From positions 1-64,000 of IMG/VR virus record IMGVR_UViG_3300037424_001076: a DNA stretch of 64,000 nucleotides; one strand, 5' to 3'. Shown piece by piece: positions 9,377 through 18,951 of this stretch (within the stretch, counting starts at the first letter, position 1; each line of letters starts with the position of its first letter). Source of the stretch: a virus (taxonomy: Duplodnaviria; Caudoviricetes). A program made the translations under genes and the position numbers. The notes below the pieces were generated by a model. The model saw only the letters and a program-made list of their open reading frames with translations, made no database searches and was not told the origin of the DNA.

Positions 9377-9553
9377 ATGGATAATTGCAAAGGATGCGAG
9401 GATTTCCCTTTTGGATGCGGATCACCCGACTGTCTCACTGGTAAAAATTCTTAAACCGAATATCTACCTTGTAAATATACCGATGATAAGAAATGCTATC
9501 TTGAGGAATACGATGAGGAAGTTTGCTTGCGTTGCTCAAATTACTACCCATAA
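9377..9553 (+). pseudogene. Small Cys-rich protein split by an in-frame TAA
   Basis: MDNCKGCEDFPFGCGSPDCLTGKNS*TEYLPCKYTDDKKCYLEEYDEEVCLRCSNYYP*; AGGGAG RBS. Confidence 0.45.
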
Positions 9554-9658
9554 TTTTTTTAATTTCTTCTGCCATATTTATCCAGAAAAAGTAAAATATA
9601 ACCATATGAGTTATATTTCCATGATATAACCATATTGGTTATTTTTTTATGCATGAAA

Positions 9659-9853
9659 TTATCTGTTTTGAGCTGCCAATTTCTGAATTAATTTTTTATT
9701 GATAATATCTTTATTTTCCGGTTTACCCAAAAACTCGTAAATAGCTTCATTCATCAGCACTCCTAAATCCTTCTTTGTAACTAATGACAGGAATTTTATT
9801 CCTTCCTTGCTATCCACATCAATCATGAAACTAGTTTTTTTAAACTCAGCCAT
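9659..9853 (-). CDS. Ribbon-helix-helix (CopG/ParG-like) DNA-binding protein
   Basis: KTSFMID beta-strand followed by two amphipathic helices (LGVLMNEAIYEFL). Confidence 0.65.
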   Translation of the reverse strand: MAEFKKTSFMIDVDSKEGIKFLSLVTKKDLGVLMNEAIYEFLGKPENKDIINKKLIQKLAAQNR

Positions 9854-9981
9854 TCCAAATCCCCCTAATTTAAATGTTAATTCTAGGGGAAATTATATCC
9901 CATGCTTGTCCTAATTACAATAATAAATATTCCTAATAATATTTAATCTTATAATTAACTGAATATTCTTACTGCAATATA

Positions 9982-10200
9982 TCATCCTTTATATATAAGA
10001 TCTTTTATATATATCATCCTAAGATCTTATATATAAATAAGTAAAAGAATTAGTATACAACTAGAAAGACCATCTTACACAGAACATCCATGGCTTCACC
10101 GAATGTTTACACATTGTATGTCAAGTCATCCTTTATATATAAGATCCTTTATATATATCATCCTAAGATCCTTTATGTATATCATCCTAAGATCTTATAT
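9982..10200. repeat. Two clusters of AT-rich direct repeats (centromere- or operator-like)
   Basis: TCATCCTTTATATATAAGATCYTTTATATATATCATCCTAAGATC at 9982 and 10126; the second copy has an extra 24-bp unit. Confidence 0.8.
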
Positions 10201-10222
10201 TGCAATGAGAATTTTCAGACAA

Positions 10223-10426
10223 TTAGTAAATATTCTTTTTGTTTCTTTGCCCAAGAATTTCCTCCCGAAATATTTTAAATTTACGAAGTTCAATTATGTC
10301 ATCCGGCCCATAGGGGACTCCATCTGGATCAACCAAAACTGATTCCCCAAATTTACAAGACTCATAGTGCTTTCTTATTTGCCAACCTTCCCATATTCCT
10401 TTTCCAGCCCACAAAGTCAAAGCCAT
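10223..10426 (-). CDS. Small phage hypothetical protein
   Basis: WEGWQ...LVDPDGVPYGPDDI motif; GAGGGGG RBS. Confidence 0.6.
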   Translation of the reverse strand: MALTLWAGKGIWEGWQIRKHYESCKFGESVLVDPDGVPYGPDDIIELRKFKIFREEILGQRNKKNIY

Positions 10427-10579
10427 AAAATCTTCCCCCTCATTTTTATTTAACTTGTCCCATTATAGCATATTGATTAAATCATGATTATATTTTCCAT
10501 TTACATTTCACCTAGATACTGCTATAATTACGTTATGACATTAGTATATTAATATAATTTTAAAAGGAGGATTAACGCT

Positions 10580-10834
10580 ATGAGTGTTAAAGAACTGGAA
10601 AGAAAAGTATCAAAGATGGGCAATAGTTTAGGTGTGACCATGACCGAATCACTAAAATCACTCAATATTAATCTCGGAGATTCAGTTAAAATTAATGTCA
10701 GAGGGGATGAGATTATTATCAAGAAAATACCATATGTTACCTTACCAGAAGGAATAAGTTCTGATTTCTTAGATGTCCTTCAAAATGCAATGGATAAATA
10801 TGATGACACTCTAAAGGGGCTTAAAGATCGATGA
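10580..10834 (+). CDS. AbrB/MazE/SpoVT-fold antitoxin
   Basis: RKVSKMGNSLGVTM motif; 4-nt overlap with the Doc gene. Confidence 0.88.
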   Translation: MSVKELERKVSKMGNSLGVTMTESLKSLNINLGDSVKINVRGDEIIIKKIPYVTLPEGISSDFLDVLQNAMDKYDDTLKGLKDR

Positions 10835-11235
10835 TAAATATTCATTATCTAACCTTGAAGGAAATTATCGCTATTAATGCATCCATTATCCTTAGATATA
10901 GCATGGGAGAACAAATAGGTATCCTTAACCATTCACTTCTAGAATCTGCAGTATACCGTCCACAACAATCTGCTTTTGGGGAAGATGCATATCCCACGAT
11001 CATGGAAAAGTCTGCTGCTATATTTGAATCACTAGGTCAAAATCATGCTTTTCAAAATGCTAATAAAAGAACTGCATTTATGGCATTGGTCGTGTTCTTA
11101 TTGAACAATGAATATGAGTTTGAAATGGAATCAAAAAAATCTGAGAATTTTACGGTAGATATGGTAAATCACGAATACACTTTCGAAAAATTAGTATCAA
11201 TTATTAATGAGCACTCAAATAAAATTCAGAGTTGA
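10831..11235 (+). CDS. doc: Doc family (Fic-domain) toxin
   Basis: LLESAVYRPQ...QNHAFQNANKRTA Doc motif. Confidence 0.9.
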   Translation: MINIHYLTLKEIIAINASIILRYSMGEQIGILNHSLLESAVYRPQQSAFGEDAYPTIMEKSAAIFESLGQNHAFQNANKRTAFMALVVFLLNNEYEFEMESKKSENFTVDMVNHEYTFEKLVSIINEHSNKIQS

Positions 11236-11372
11236 TTCTTGGGTTAGAATCGACTCTGAAAAATTTGTCATATTATGACGTATACACTTTGTAGACAAGC
11301 TAGATATTTTGAGTTATATTGAGAATTAAGAACCTAATATAATAAATTCGTTAGACTGGATGTGATTACACA

Positions 11373-12188
11373 TTGTATGAGGAGAACGTCGAATGGATTT
11401 TCAACGCCGATTGTAGAGAAAAGAAAAGGACAGGGAATGGAATTCATGGCAGAGCTGCCAGACTAAGAAAACATGAATCAGTTAAAATGCCCTCCGAACA
11501 AGAGCCAGATAAATTTCAAAGACGACTCATATTGGGTGCTGGCCCATGTTTCGTAACATCATTGAAGGGAATGATCTTAATGGATTGGATGGAAAAAATC
11601 GAGAACGGTGAATGGATCTCAATTGAACAACTCAAAGAATTACCTTTTGACGATGGTCAGAAAATTTACGCCCGAATAAGAACTCTTCACACAACCGCAG
11701 AGATGTACAAAGGTTTCGGTTGTTCTTCTGCCCAAATTTCAGAACTATCTTGGCATTTTCAAGTAGCCAGATCCGGTAAGACTATTGTCGTTGGTGAACC
11801 CGCACTAGAGATTTTACGCGGTTTTACCGAGCATAGGCAAAATCAAGCAGAGCAAAAGAGATTAAAGAATGATCCTCCAATATCATCCAAAAAAGACTCA
11901 GATAAACCAAAGCGAAAATATAAAGCTAGAGAGACAAAAGAGAACGGTGAATCCCAAGAATCCAAAAATGAAATTGCCATCTCTAAAATGTACCAAGAAG
12001 AAATACAACCTAATAAAATAACTCTCGTGGAAGTAAAAAATCCCGAAATAGAACTTCTCAGAATGGCAGTAAAAAATACATATTCTTCTGAGCAAGTGAT
12101 AGCATTATTAACCCGGATCTCATTATTTGTTGAGGGACAAGAAAATCAATTTGAAATTAATTTCATCCTTCAAGAAAAGGCAATTTGA
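11373..12188 (+). CDS. Hypothetical phage protein
   Basis: 271-aa ORF; basic N-terminus (REKKRTGNGIHG) and low-complexity charged linker. Confidence 0.7.
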   Translation: MYEENVEWIFNADCREKKRTGNGIHGRAARLRKHESVKMPSEQEPDKFQRRLILGAGPCFVTSLKGMILMDWMEKIENGEWISIEQLKELPFDDGQKIYARIRTLHTTAEMYKGFGCSSAQISELSWHFQVARSGKTIVVGEPALEILRGFTEHRQNQAEQKRLKNDPPISSKKDSDKPKRKYKARETKENGESQESKNEIAISKMYQEEIQPNKITLVEVKNPEIELLRMAVKNTYSSEQVIALLTRISLFVEGQENQFEINFILQEKAI

Positions 12189-12192
12189 TTGT

Positions 12193-12702
12193 CTAAAATT
12201 TTATTGGTCTTTGGGATTTTATTCTATAATTTAGCAAGATTCCAGAGGACGCATCCCATCCATACAAGGTGTATGCACGGTTTATCCAAGGCATCCTCGT
12301 CTCTCTTTCTCCTTTTTTGGTTAGATATATAAGATCATATTTCTCAGATGCCTTCTCGTAATCTGGTATTTTCCAGATCGTAAACCAATCCTCATGATTA
12401 TTATTAAGGCCAACTTCTTTTATGAAATCCATCAAATCTTCTTGGGAATCAATTGTGCACACCCTAATGTTATTTGGTAGTGTTAAGACAACTCCTTCCT
12501 CATAATCACGAAAGCCACTTTCTTCTTTACACCATCTTTCCCAATCACTTTTATATTCACCTTGTGGCTGATATGGAGATATCCATAATCCTCCCATTGG
12601 TTTTATGAAATATGGAATATTTTTAATTGGGTTAAACAATGTTTTTCTCAACTGTTTCCTTCCCAAGCAAATCCACTGTTTTGGCCTCACTATCTTATTC
12701 AT
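12193..12702 (-). CDS. Conserved phage hypothetical protein
   Basis: KPMGGLWISP...WERWC...LYGWDASS motif pattern. Confidence 0.7.
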   Translation of the reverse strand: MNKIVRPKQWICLGRKQLRKTLFNPIKNIPYFIKPMGGLWISPYQPQGEYKSDWERWCKEESGFRDYEEGVVLTLPNNIRVCTIDSQEDLMDFIKEVGLNNNHEDWFTIWKIPDYEKASEKYDLIYLTKKGERETRMPWINRAYTLYGWDASSGILLNYRIKSQRPIKF

Positions 12703-12947
12703 AAGACAAACTTGCTCCCTGACTGTTCAATATTCGGATCTTCTGTCATTCTTGCCTCAATCCAATTTTTAAACGATTCATATTCTTTACGGCGAATTTT
12801 CGTTGTCCTATGTAGTTTTACAGCTCTTTTTCTTTCTGTTTCCATTTCAAATTGTCTTAATTTATCGATTCTAATTTGTATTTCTTGAAGTATAATATTA
12901 ACTGATACTTCCATTTGCAAAATCCTCCAATTCTCAAAGAGTAACAT
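12699..12947 (-). CDS. Hypothetical protein
   Basis: Operonic position with 4-nt overlap; start uncertain. Confidence 0.5.
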   Translation of the reverse strand: MLLFENWRILQMEVSVNIILQEIQIRIDKLRQFEMETERKRAVKLHRTTKIRRKEYESFKNWIEARMTEDPNIEQSGSKFVL

Positions 12948-12988
12948 TCGGGTCTAGCCATTTCCCGAATGTTACTCTTTTTCTCATC

Positions 12989-13369
12989 TCATCTATTGAC
13001 TAAATCCTCAATTCCCTCTAATGTCCCACAAGCCGAACATATATAGGTTTTATTATCTCTTCTGCTAAGTGATCCATATTTTTTCACAAACCTAACACCA
13101 CATTTAGGGCAATTAATTCCATCTGCCAACCTGAATTCCAACACTGGTGTCGATATAATTTTTCCAGTCGCAATACTCCATAATGCTTTATTTTCAGTGT
13201 ATTCTTGAAATAAATTACTAGGAGAATATTCTTTAGTTCCTTTTTCCATCATTTCCCTATCTCGGATAATTGATCTCGTTATTTTTAATACTTCATAGAA
13301 ATTATTTAACGTAGTACCTTTCCATATCTCTGAATCCGAACCCTTCATTTCTATTTTTATATCTTTCAT
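12989..13369 (-). CDS. Hypothetical protein with C-terminal zinc ribbon
   Basis: CPKCG...LSRRDNKTYICSACG; GGAGAGG RBS. Confidence 0.75.
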   Translation of the reverse strand: MKDIKIEMKGSDSEIWKGTTLNNFYEVLKITRSIIRDREMMEKGTKEYSPSNLFQEYTENKALWSIATGKIISTPVLEFRLADGINCPKCGVRFVKKYGSLSRRDNKTYICSACGTLEGIEDLVNR

Positions 13370-13419
13370 TTGTACAAATCTCTCCTTTATTTATGCTTGT
13401 ACCATTATATCATTTTTAG

Positions 13420-13454
13420 AAAGACCTGTTGGAATATTTTCTCAACAGGTCTTT
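13420..13454. terminator. Intrinsic terminator after recT
   Basis: AAAGACCTGTTG...CAACAGGTCTTT perfect 12-bp stem. Confidence 0.75.
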
Positions 13455-13461
13455 GATGAAT

Positions 13462-14379
13462 TCACTCTGTCTCGTTCGGTTGATCTCCTTGATCATTATT
13501 CTCATGTTGTTCTATTTGGTTAACTTGTTCTCCAATACCATCCATCATGTTTGTATCCTGCTCCCCATTTGTATCAATATCCACGACATTATCAACGAAA
13601 CTTGATTTTCCATTTTCATCTATAAAAACATTATCTTTTTCATAGGCCATCTGCAAATCTATAGACATAATTCCCCATTTAGAAAGTATCTGGCGAAGCA
13701 TAGTCTTGTATGCCATGCCATCAAAATCTTTGCTCCAAAATGTATAAGAATTTCCTTTTTTCTTATCTGCTCTATACCCCGCAGAATACTGTAATGCATG
13801 AGCCTCCATTTTAGTTTTACTCCAATACAACATTTTTCTAAATCCATTATGATATTCAAACATTGCATAATATCCTATTGTTCTTGCCTTTTCCCTTGCA
13901 CCCTCATCCTCAATTAATATACATGAAATTTCTTCATTCAATGGATCAAAATTCTGCAATTCTCCCTCTTTGATCGCAATGACATTGATCTTCTTATAAT
14001 ATCCAGATCTCAAAGCAAGCTGTACAAGTCCCTTATAGCCAATTATAAATGTTGCCACTCTTCGATTATTTTTATTATCATCAAATGGAACGATATAATA
14101 TTGTCCCAATTGAGGACTTGGCGAAAGTTTTAATGTCTCTCCAAGTAATGCACAACTCAATATGCTACCATGCTCACAAGTCGCCAATACCGGATTCGTA
14201 CTAACGGCAGATAATATCGCCGTCATGAATCTCTGACCATCCTTACCACCAACTATTTGATTAATCTTTTCCTTAACAGCATCTTTCATCAGAAATGTAC
14301 TAAACGTCGAATCTTCTTCTTTCCCCGGCAATGCTACCCCATTAGCCTTACTAGCTAGTTTATCTTTTAAATTTGCCAT
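13462..14379 (-). CDS. recT: RecT family single-strand annealing protein
   Basis: LSPSPQLGQYYIVPF, FIIGYKGLVQLALRSG, FDGMAYKTMLRQILSKWG motifs. Confidence 0.95.
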   Translation of the reverse strand: MANLKDKLASKANGVALPGKEEDSTFSTFLMKDAVKEKINQIVGGKDGQRFMTAILSAVSTNPVLATCEHGSILSCALLGETLKLSPSPQLGQYYIVPFDDNKNNRRVATFIIGYKGLVQLALRSGYYKKINVIAIKEGELQNFDPLNEEISCILIEDEGAREKARTIGYYAMFEYHNGFRKMLYWSKTKMEAHALQYSAGYRADKKKGNSYTFWSKDFDGMAYKTMLRQILSKWGIMSIDLQMAYEKDNVFIDENGKSSFVDNVVDIDTNGEQDTNMMDGIGEQVNQIEQHENNDQGDQPNETE

Positions 14380-14401
14380 TAATCATATCCCCCAACTATT
14401 T

Positions 14402-15352
14402 TTATTTCGCTTTATTTTCAACAACCGTAAATCTTCTAGATTTTCCCTCATTAGAAAACTCACCATATAACGCCGGGTGACTAACTTTAAATTTAGTAGA
14501 ATCAAATCTTTTACTAGTTACCGTCTTCCATCCGATCTTGAAATTTTGGGTATATCCTGTTTCATTCTCACCCATCAATTGCTTTATTTTATTAGCCATC
14601 TCATCTTTCTTGATACCTATTTCCTTCTCCATCTCTTGAAGCTGCCTAAACTTTGTCACCATCTCCTCGGTATCACTCGGTAATTCTATTGATGAATTAT
14701 TCGAATTTGGATACATAACCTTGAGAAGTTCCGTGGCAGATGCCGATCCATCCATTTGTGGTGGAGTGCCTTGGGTTACTAATTGCCAAAAATCACTTTC
14801 AATCTTATATAGATAATCAATGATTTCATCGTCTCGCTCAATGTCGCGAATTTCAAATTTATTCCCTCCAATCAATACTGCAATTCTAGCAAACTGTAAC
14901 CCAGTTACAGCTAAATAATGATGAACTTGTATAGCATATTCCTCCGGTATCTGACCATCATCCCATTCGCCTTTTTTATACTCTCCTGCCGTCTTGCATT
15001 CCAAGATCCCTTTTCCCCGATCTTTGTCATGGATCATCCGATCGATATTTGCCAACATGAATTTGTGTTTAGGATGTTGTAATATTGCATTCCTTTTCTG
15101 AACTTTAAGGCCAGATCTCTTAGCATATTCCCGGGCCACAACATCCTCTAATGTAGTTCCCCAATATGCCGCCTCTCCTACTTCCCTTGATTCAATTTGA
15201 CCAACTTTTTCCATCCATACTTCAATTGGGCTTTTCCATCGATTCATTCCCGCTATCGCCGATACGTCAGATCCCCCAATCCCAAGCCTCCTAAACTCAT
15301 GCCACTGTTCGATCGTTATCTTAGTAGTCGATGCTAATGTCAATGCACTCAT
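14402..15352 (-). CDS. YqaJ-like viral recombinase exonuclease
   Basis: RRLGIGGSD, LANIDR, ILECKT, YAIQVHHYLAVTG motifs; paired with recT. Confidence 0.95.
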   Translation of the reverse strand: MSALTLASTTKITIEQWHEFRRLGIGGSDVSAIAGMNRWKSPIEVWMEKVGQIESREVGEAAYWGTTLEDVVAREYAKRSGLKVQKRNAILQHPKHKFMLANIDRMIHDKDRGKGILECKTAGEYKKGEWDDGQIPEEYAIQVHHYLAVTGLQFARIAVLIGGNKFEIRDIERDDEIIDYLYKIESDFWQLVTQGTPPQMDGSASATELLKVMYPNSNNSSIELPSDTEEMVTKFRQLQEMEKEIGIKKDEMANKIKQLMGENETGYTQNFKIGWKTVTSKRFDSTKFKVSHPALYGEFSNEGKSRRFTVVENKAK

Positions 15353-15362
15353 AATTCATCTC

Positions 15363-15638
15363 CTAATTTATTTTCCTTTTTAATATTCCTTTTCCAAGAG
15401 GAATTCTTTTTAATGCCCTAATGCCCATTGCTTCTCGTAGGTATGCCACTAAAACACCATTCGGTAAAACCTCGGTTAAAATAAAGAACTCTTCTATTGT
15501 CAATCTTGAAGGTTTATCCATTTTTCTCCTGAATGTACTTGCTGGCATATTCAACTTCTCAGCTAATTCCGTCTTATTGTAATTAGCAAGAATACGAGCA
15601 TACTCAATCCTTGCCTTGAATTCTCGCTCATCAAGCAC
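15363..15638 (-). CDS. Cro-like HTH regulator
   Basis: KTELAEKLNMPASTFRRK HTH; divergent from the CI-like gene. Confidence 0.75.
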   Translation of the reverse strand: MLDEREFKARIEYARILANYNKTELAEKLNMPASTFRRKMDKPSRLTIEEFFILTEVLPNGVLVAYLREAMGIRALKRIPLGKGILKRKIN

Positions 15639-15893
15639 TTATTTATTCACCTCCCATAAGACAATTATACCACCAAAATGTATACTTTTCAATCAAATAT
15701 GAATGATTGTAACCATAAAACATACATATCGTAAGATTATTAGCCATAATATGAATAATTTAACAATAACTTTACAGTAAAAATCCTTGTCCTATGGGTA
15801 CTTAATGTCATATAATAACGAATAGGTATTCTTCTATTCTGTAAGAATCCTCATATACATTATAAAATCTATGGAAAGCGGGGAACTGGTACA

Positions 15894-16253
15894 GTGGAAA
15901 ATCGGAATTCATTATTTATGAAACGATTAAAAGCCCTTCGACGCGAATCTGATATAACACAACCAGAATTAGCCAAAGAGCTTAAAGTTTCAAAAGGTGC
16001 TGTAGGTCATTGGGAAGCCGGGTCAAGAGAGCCAAGTCTTGAAATGATAAGTAACATCGCCAGAATATTTAAAGTTTCGGTTGATTACCTCATGGGAGTT
16101 TCAAGTTTTAGACAAGAAAACGATGCCATAGATTATTTATTAATTAAATTAAGAGAATCCGGTCTAGTCAAACCAAATGACACCATAGATAAAAAAACAG
16201 TCGATACTTTGATTAGTTATATCGCTGTTCTTCAAAAAATAAAAACAAGTTAA
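15894..16253 (+). CDS. XRE-family CI-like repressor
   Basis: TQPELAKELKVSKGAVGHWEAGSREPS...FKVSVDYLMG. Confidence 0.9.
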   Translation: MENRNSLFMKRLKALRRESDITQPELAKELKVSKGAVGHWEAGSREPSLEMISNIARIFKVSVDYLMGVSSFRQENDAIDYLLIKLRESGLVKPNDTIDKKTVDTLISYIAVLQKIKTS

Positions 16254-16385
16254 CTATCTATCATCTTCATTTTTTATTAGTTCGACTATAAAATCTATCA
16301 TAACTTTCGATAAAGGTAATTCCTTCATAATTCCTCGATCTCTTAACATTTCCCTAAGTTCAGACACAGTAATTACGTTTCTCAC
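16254..16385 (-). CDS. 43-aa hypothetical protein (not in the ORF track)
   Basis: GGAGG RBS + GTG: MRNVITVSELREMLRDRGIMKELPLSKVMIDFIVELIKNEDDR. Confidence 0.5.
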   Translation of the reverse strand: MRNVITVSELREMLRDRGIMKELPLSKVMIDFIVELIKNEDDR

Positions 16386-16561
16386 AAAAACATACCTCCT
16401 AAAATAAATTTTTAAAAGGCAAAAAATGGTGTACTACCATTATATCTATATTTGTCTTATTTTGGAAGGAATGTAATTGTTCCAATAATGTCGAACGACT
16501 TGTAACTCTTGGACAATACCGAACATTTAGTTGCAATAATTATTTTATGTGCTAGAAATAC

Positions 16562-16599
16562 AAAAATGAATCCCGACTAAATTATCGGGATTCATTTTT
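16562..16599. terminator. Bidirectional terminator
   Basis: AAAAATGAATCCCGA-ctaaatta-TCGGGATTCATTTTT. Confidence 0.8.
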
Positions 16600-16608
16600 G
16601 TATTCTAA

Positions 16609-16818
16609 TTATGAATTAAATTCTTCTTTACTAATTCCAAGTTGTTGTTTTAAAATTCTGCAAAATAATCCCTTACTAATTTCACTACTAGATTTCGAAA
16701 CTCTAATTCTAACATTTTCATCATCTATTGTTTTCTCATAGATACGATCTCTTCCATCTCTGACAAATCTCCAATTATGTCTCTTTAGATATTTTTCTAG
16801 ATCACTCCAACTAGCCAT
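16609..16818 (-). CDS. HicA-family toxin
   Basis: WSDLEKYLKRHNWRFVRDG...EISKGLFCRILKQQLG, HicA-like size and pattern. Confidence 0.75.
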   Translation of the reverse strand: MASWSDLEKYLKRHNWRFVRDGRDRIYEKTIDDENVRIRVSKSSSEISKGLFCRILKQQLGISKEEFNS

Positions 16819-17230
16819 GCAACATACTTGCTACAGACTCAATATTTTTATCTTCTAGTAAAATACGAAAAACATAATTGACATGGTCGCGACGATTTGG
16901 ATAATTATGATATCGTTCGAAATCATCATAATATTCTTGAGCATAATCAATAAGTTGATATGCAAGATCATTCCTTAATTCCTCTATATTTTTACCTTCA
17001 CCTAAAATATCTGGAATCTGTTCGATACTCCCAGCATAAATTCCATCTTCGTCTTGTTCATACTCGAAAGTTAATTCATATGCAGATAGCACTTCTTTTA
17101 GATAATCCTGCGAGAAAGCAATAATCGTATCTCTATTCCTCTTGATTATCTGAGGCTTACGACGAACAACATTATCAATAAACTGACCAAAATTAGCTCT
17201 AACTTCCGTTGCACTTAATGCAGTTTGCAC
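16811..17230 (-). CDS. Antitoxin (Phd-like N-terminus, HicB-like C-terminus)
   Basis: LSATEVRANFGQFIDNV...GEGKNIEELRNDL; GTG start; overlaps the toxin gene. Confidence 0.8.
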   Translation of the reverse strand: MQTALSATEVRANFGQFIDNVVRRKPQIIKRNRDTIIAFSQDYLKEVLSAYELTFEYEQDEDGIYAGSIEQIPDILGEGKNIEELRNDLAYQLIDYAQEYYDDFERYHNYPNRRDHVNYVFRILLEDKNIESVASMLHG

Positions 17231-17314
17231 ATAAATCCCTCCTATACTTCTAATTATAACACAAACCATACAAAGTGTACATAGTGTACTTTCTGGATAA
17301 TACCCTAGATCATT

Positions 17315-17677
17315 TTAAAACACCACCATATCATAGGCATCATTTATATCATCCTGAGTAAATTCATCTTGTTTCCTTCTCAAATGTTTAGTCTTCTGGT
17401 AAGCAATACACCTTCCCCTTGTTTTATTATATTTGGGTTTAATTTCCTCAATCAAAAAATATTCAATATCATAGCATTCTGGATAATCATTCCATATTTT
17501 ATTAAATGATTTTTCAGATATCACACCCACACCATTTATCTCACCTACAAAATATCTTGTATTCGAATTTCCCATAATATGATTCATGATTCTACCTTTT
17601 AAATCTGTTGCCCATCCTATATATAAGATTTCATTGTCATTACCTAACAACATATAGATTCCTTTATTGCTTCCCAA
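17315..17677 (-). CDS. GIY-YIG nuclease (possible N-terminal frameshift)
   Basis: GIYMLL...ILYIGWATDLKGRIMNH...IE...IKPKYN; an upstream ATG at 17769 is one base out of frame. Confidence 0.8.
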   Translation of the reverse strand: MGSNKGIYMLLGNDNEILYIGWATDLKGRIMNHIMGNSNTRYFVGEINGVGVISEKSFNKIWNDYPECYDIEYFLIEEIKPKYNKTRGRCIAYQKTKHLRRKQDEFTQDDINDAYDMVVF

Positions 17678-17784
17678 TTTAATAAAATCACCAGCAATAT
17701 TTTCCCTAGTGAATAATTCCTTACATAATAACTCATTTACTGAAAAAATTTATCTACATAATTTATCATTATTATCCCTCTTCC

Positions 17785-18171
17785 TTAATCTCTGAAATTT
17801 TTCATTGAATCTTCTAAGTCAGCATCTTGTTCAACTGGATACATCTTCCTTAGCCATTCATACTTTTTAGTATACAATTCATTATGGTTCACATTCAATG
17901 GTGGCCTATTAATTTTTATTAGTCTTATCTCTTCCTCGACTAATTTGGCATTATCAATATACTCAACCATTACAAACTCAAAAAGGTGATTGAAATCTTC
18001 AAGCCGATCAAATTTCCAACTACATGATGTTCCAAAATAATTTCCCAATCTGGATCTCAGATTTTTAGACTTGCCTATATATAATATTTCTTTTTCTGAT
18101 CCCAACAACATATAAATACCACTTTTCCCATTTTGCACATTGTCCTTAAAATTTTCAGGTTTAAATATCAT
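17785..18171 (-). CDS. GIY-YIG nuclease
   Basis: SGIYMLL...LYIGKSKNLRSRL...EEEIRLIKINRPPLN. Confidence 0.88.
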   Translation of the reverse strand: MIFKPENFKDNVQNGKSGIYMLLGSEKEILYIGKSKNLRSRLGNYFGTSCSWKFDRLEDFNHLFEFVMVEYIDNAKLVEEEIRLIKINRPPLNVNHNELYTKKYEWLRKMYPVEQDADLEDSMKNFRD

Positions 18172-18782
18172 AATCCTCTTGCCTTTCTTTCCCTACTTCT
18201 TTTATCCTGAAATGATTTCATAGAATTCTCCATATCATCATCGACTACATGAGTATAAATCATAGTTGTTGAAACATCTGCATGACCCAATGCTTTTCCT
18301 GTCTCTAATATATCTTTAGTCTCCTTATAATAATCAGTTGCAAATGTATGTCTCAACTTATGCGGTGTTATATTTTTTTCTATTCCTGCTTTTTCTGAAT
18401 ATCTTTTAACCATCTGTTGTATATATCTAATTCCTATCTGACCACCTTTAAAAGTAGTAAATACATATTCTGATTTTACATGTTGTTTAATCTGTCTTTC
18501 ATTCCATTTTTCAAGTTCATCCTTAACATCAGCAGAAATATATAGGTATCTGTCTTTCTGACCCTTTCCCTGTTCGACTAAAACTTTACTGCCTCTAAAA
18601 TTGATGTGTTTCCATTTAAGGTTTACAACTTCACTCACCCTAATACCAATATCCAGAACTAGGCAAATCAAAACCTTATTTCTCAGACCAGTAAAATATC
18701 TTGGGTTAGGCTGCTGAATTAATAATATCTGTTCTTCTTTGTCTAAAAATATGGGTAATGATCTCTTTTTTCTTCTAGCCAC
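18168..18782 (-). CDS. Short tyrosine recombinase (Xer/resolvase-like, catalytic domain only)
   Basis: GIRVSE, GKGQKDR, HKLRHTFAT, LGHADVSTTMIYTH; no arm- or core-binding N-domain; GTG start after a GAGGGGG RBS. Confidence 0.92.
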   Translation of the reverse strand: MARRKKRSLPIFLDKEEQILLIQQPNPRYFTGLRNKVLICLVLDIGIRVSEVVNLKWKHINFRGSKVLVEQGKGQKDRYLYISADVKDELEKWNERQIKQHVKSEYVFTTFKGGQIGIRYIQQMVKRYSEKAGIEKNITPHKLRHTFATDYYKETKDILETGKALGHADVSTTMIYTHVVDDDMENSMKSFQDKRSRERKARGL

Positions 18783-18951
18783 AAAAAAATCCCCCTCAAA
18801 AATACCATAGTTCGCATAATCCCAATTATACGAACTCAATCACATCTTGTCTCTATGATACTATGCTCCTTAAAACATGTCCATCCCTTGTCCCATAAAT
18901 ACGAACTCATTCACATTTAGGCAAAAAAATAAAGCCAATTTCTCATCGGCC

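Noticed and set aside
15383-15400. Possible self-target: ATATTCCT-TTTCCAAGAG in the cro-like gene resembles both spacers of the array-B unit at ~22130-22160 (one mismatch)
   Set aside because: A rough estimate suggests about one such near match is expected by chance across ~95 units in AT-rich DNA, and the spacer order is opposite to the bridge-RNA-like arrangement I would expect. A few other units checked by eye gave no match. A systematic search is needed.
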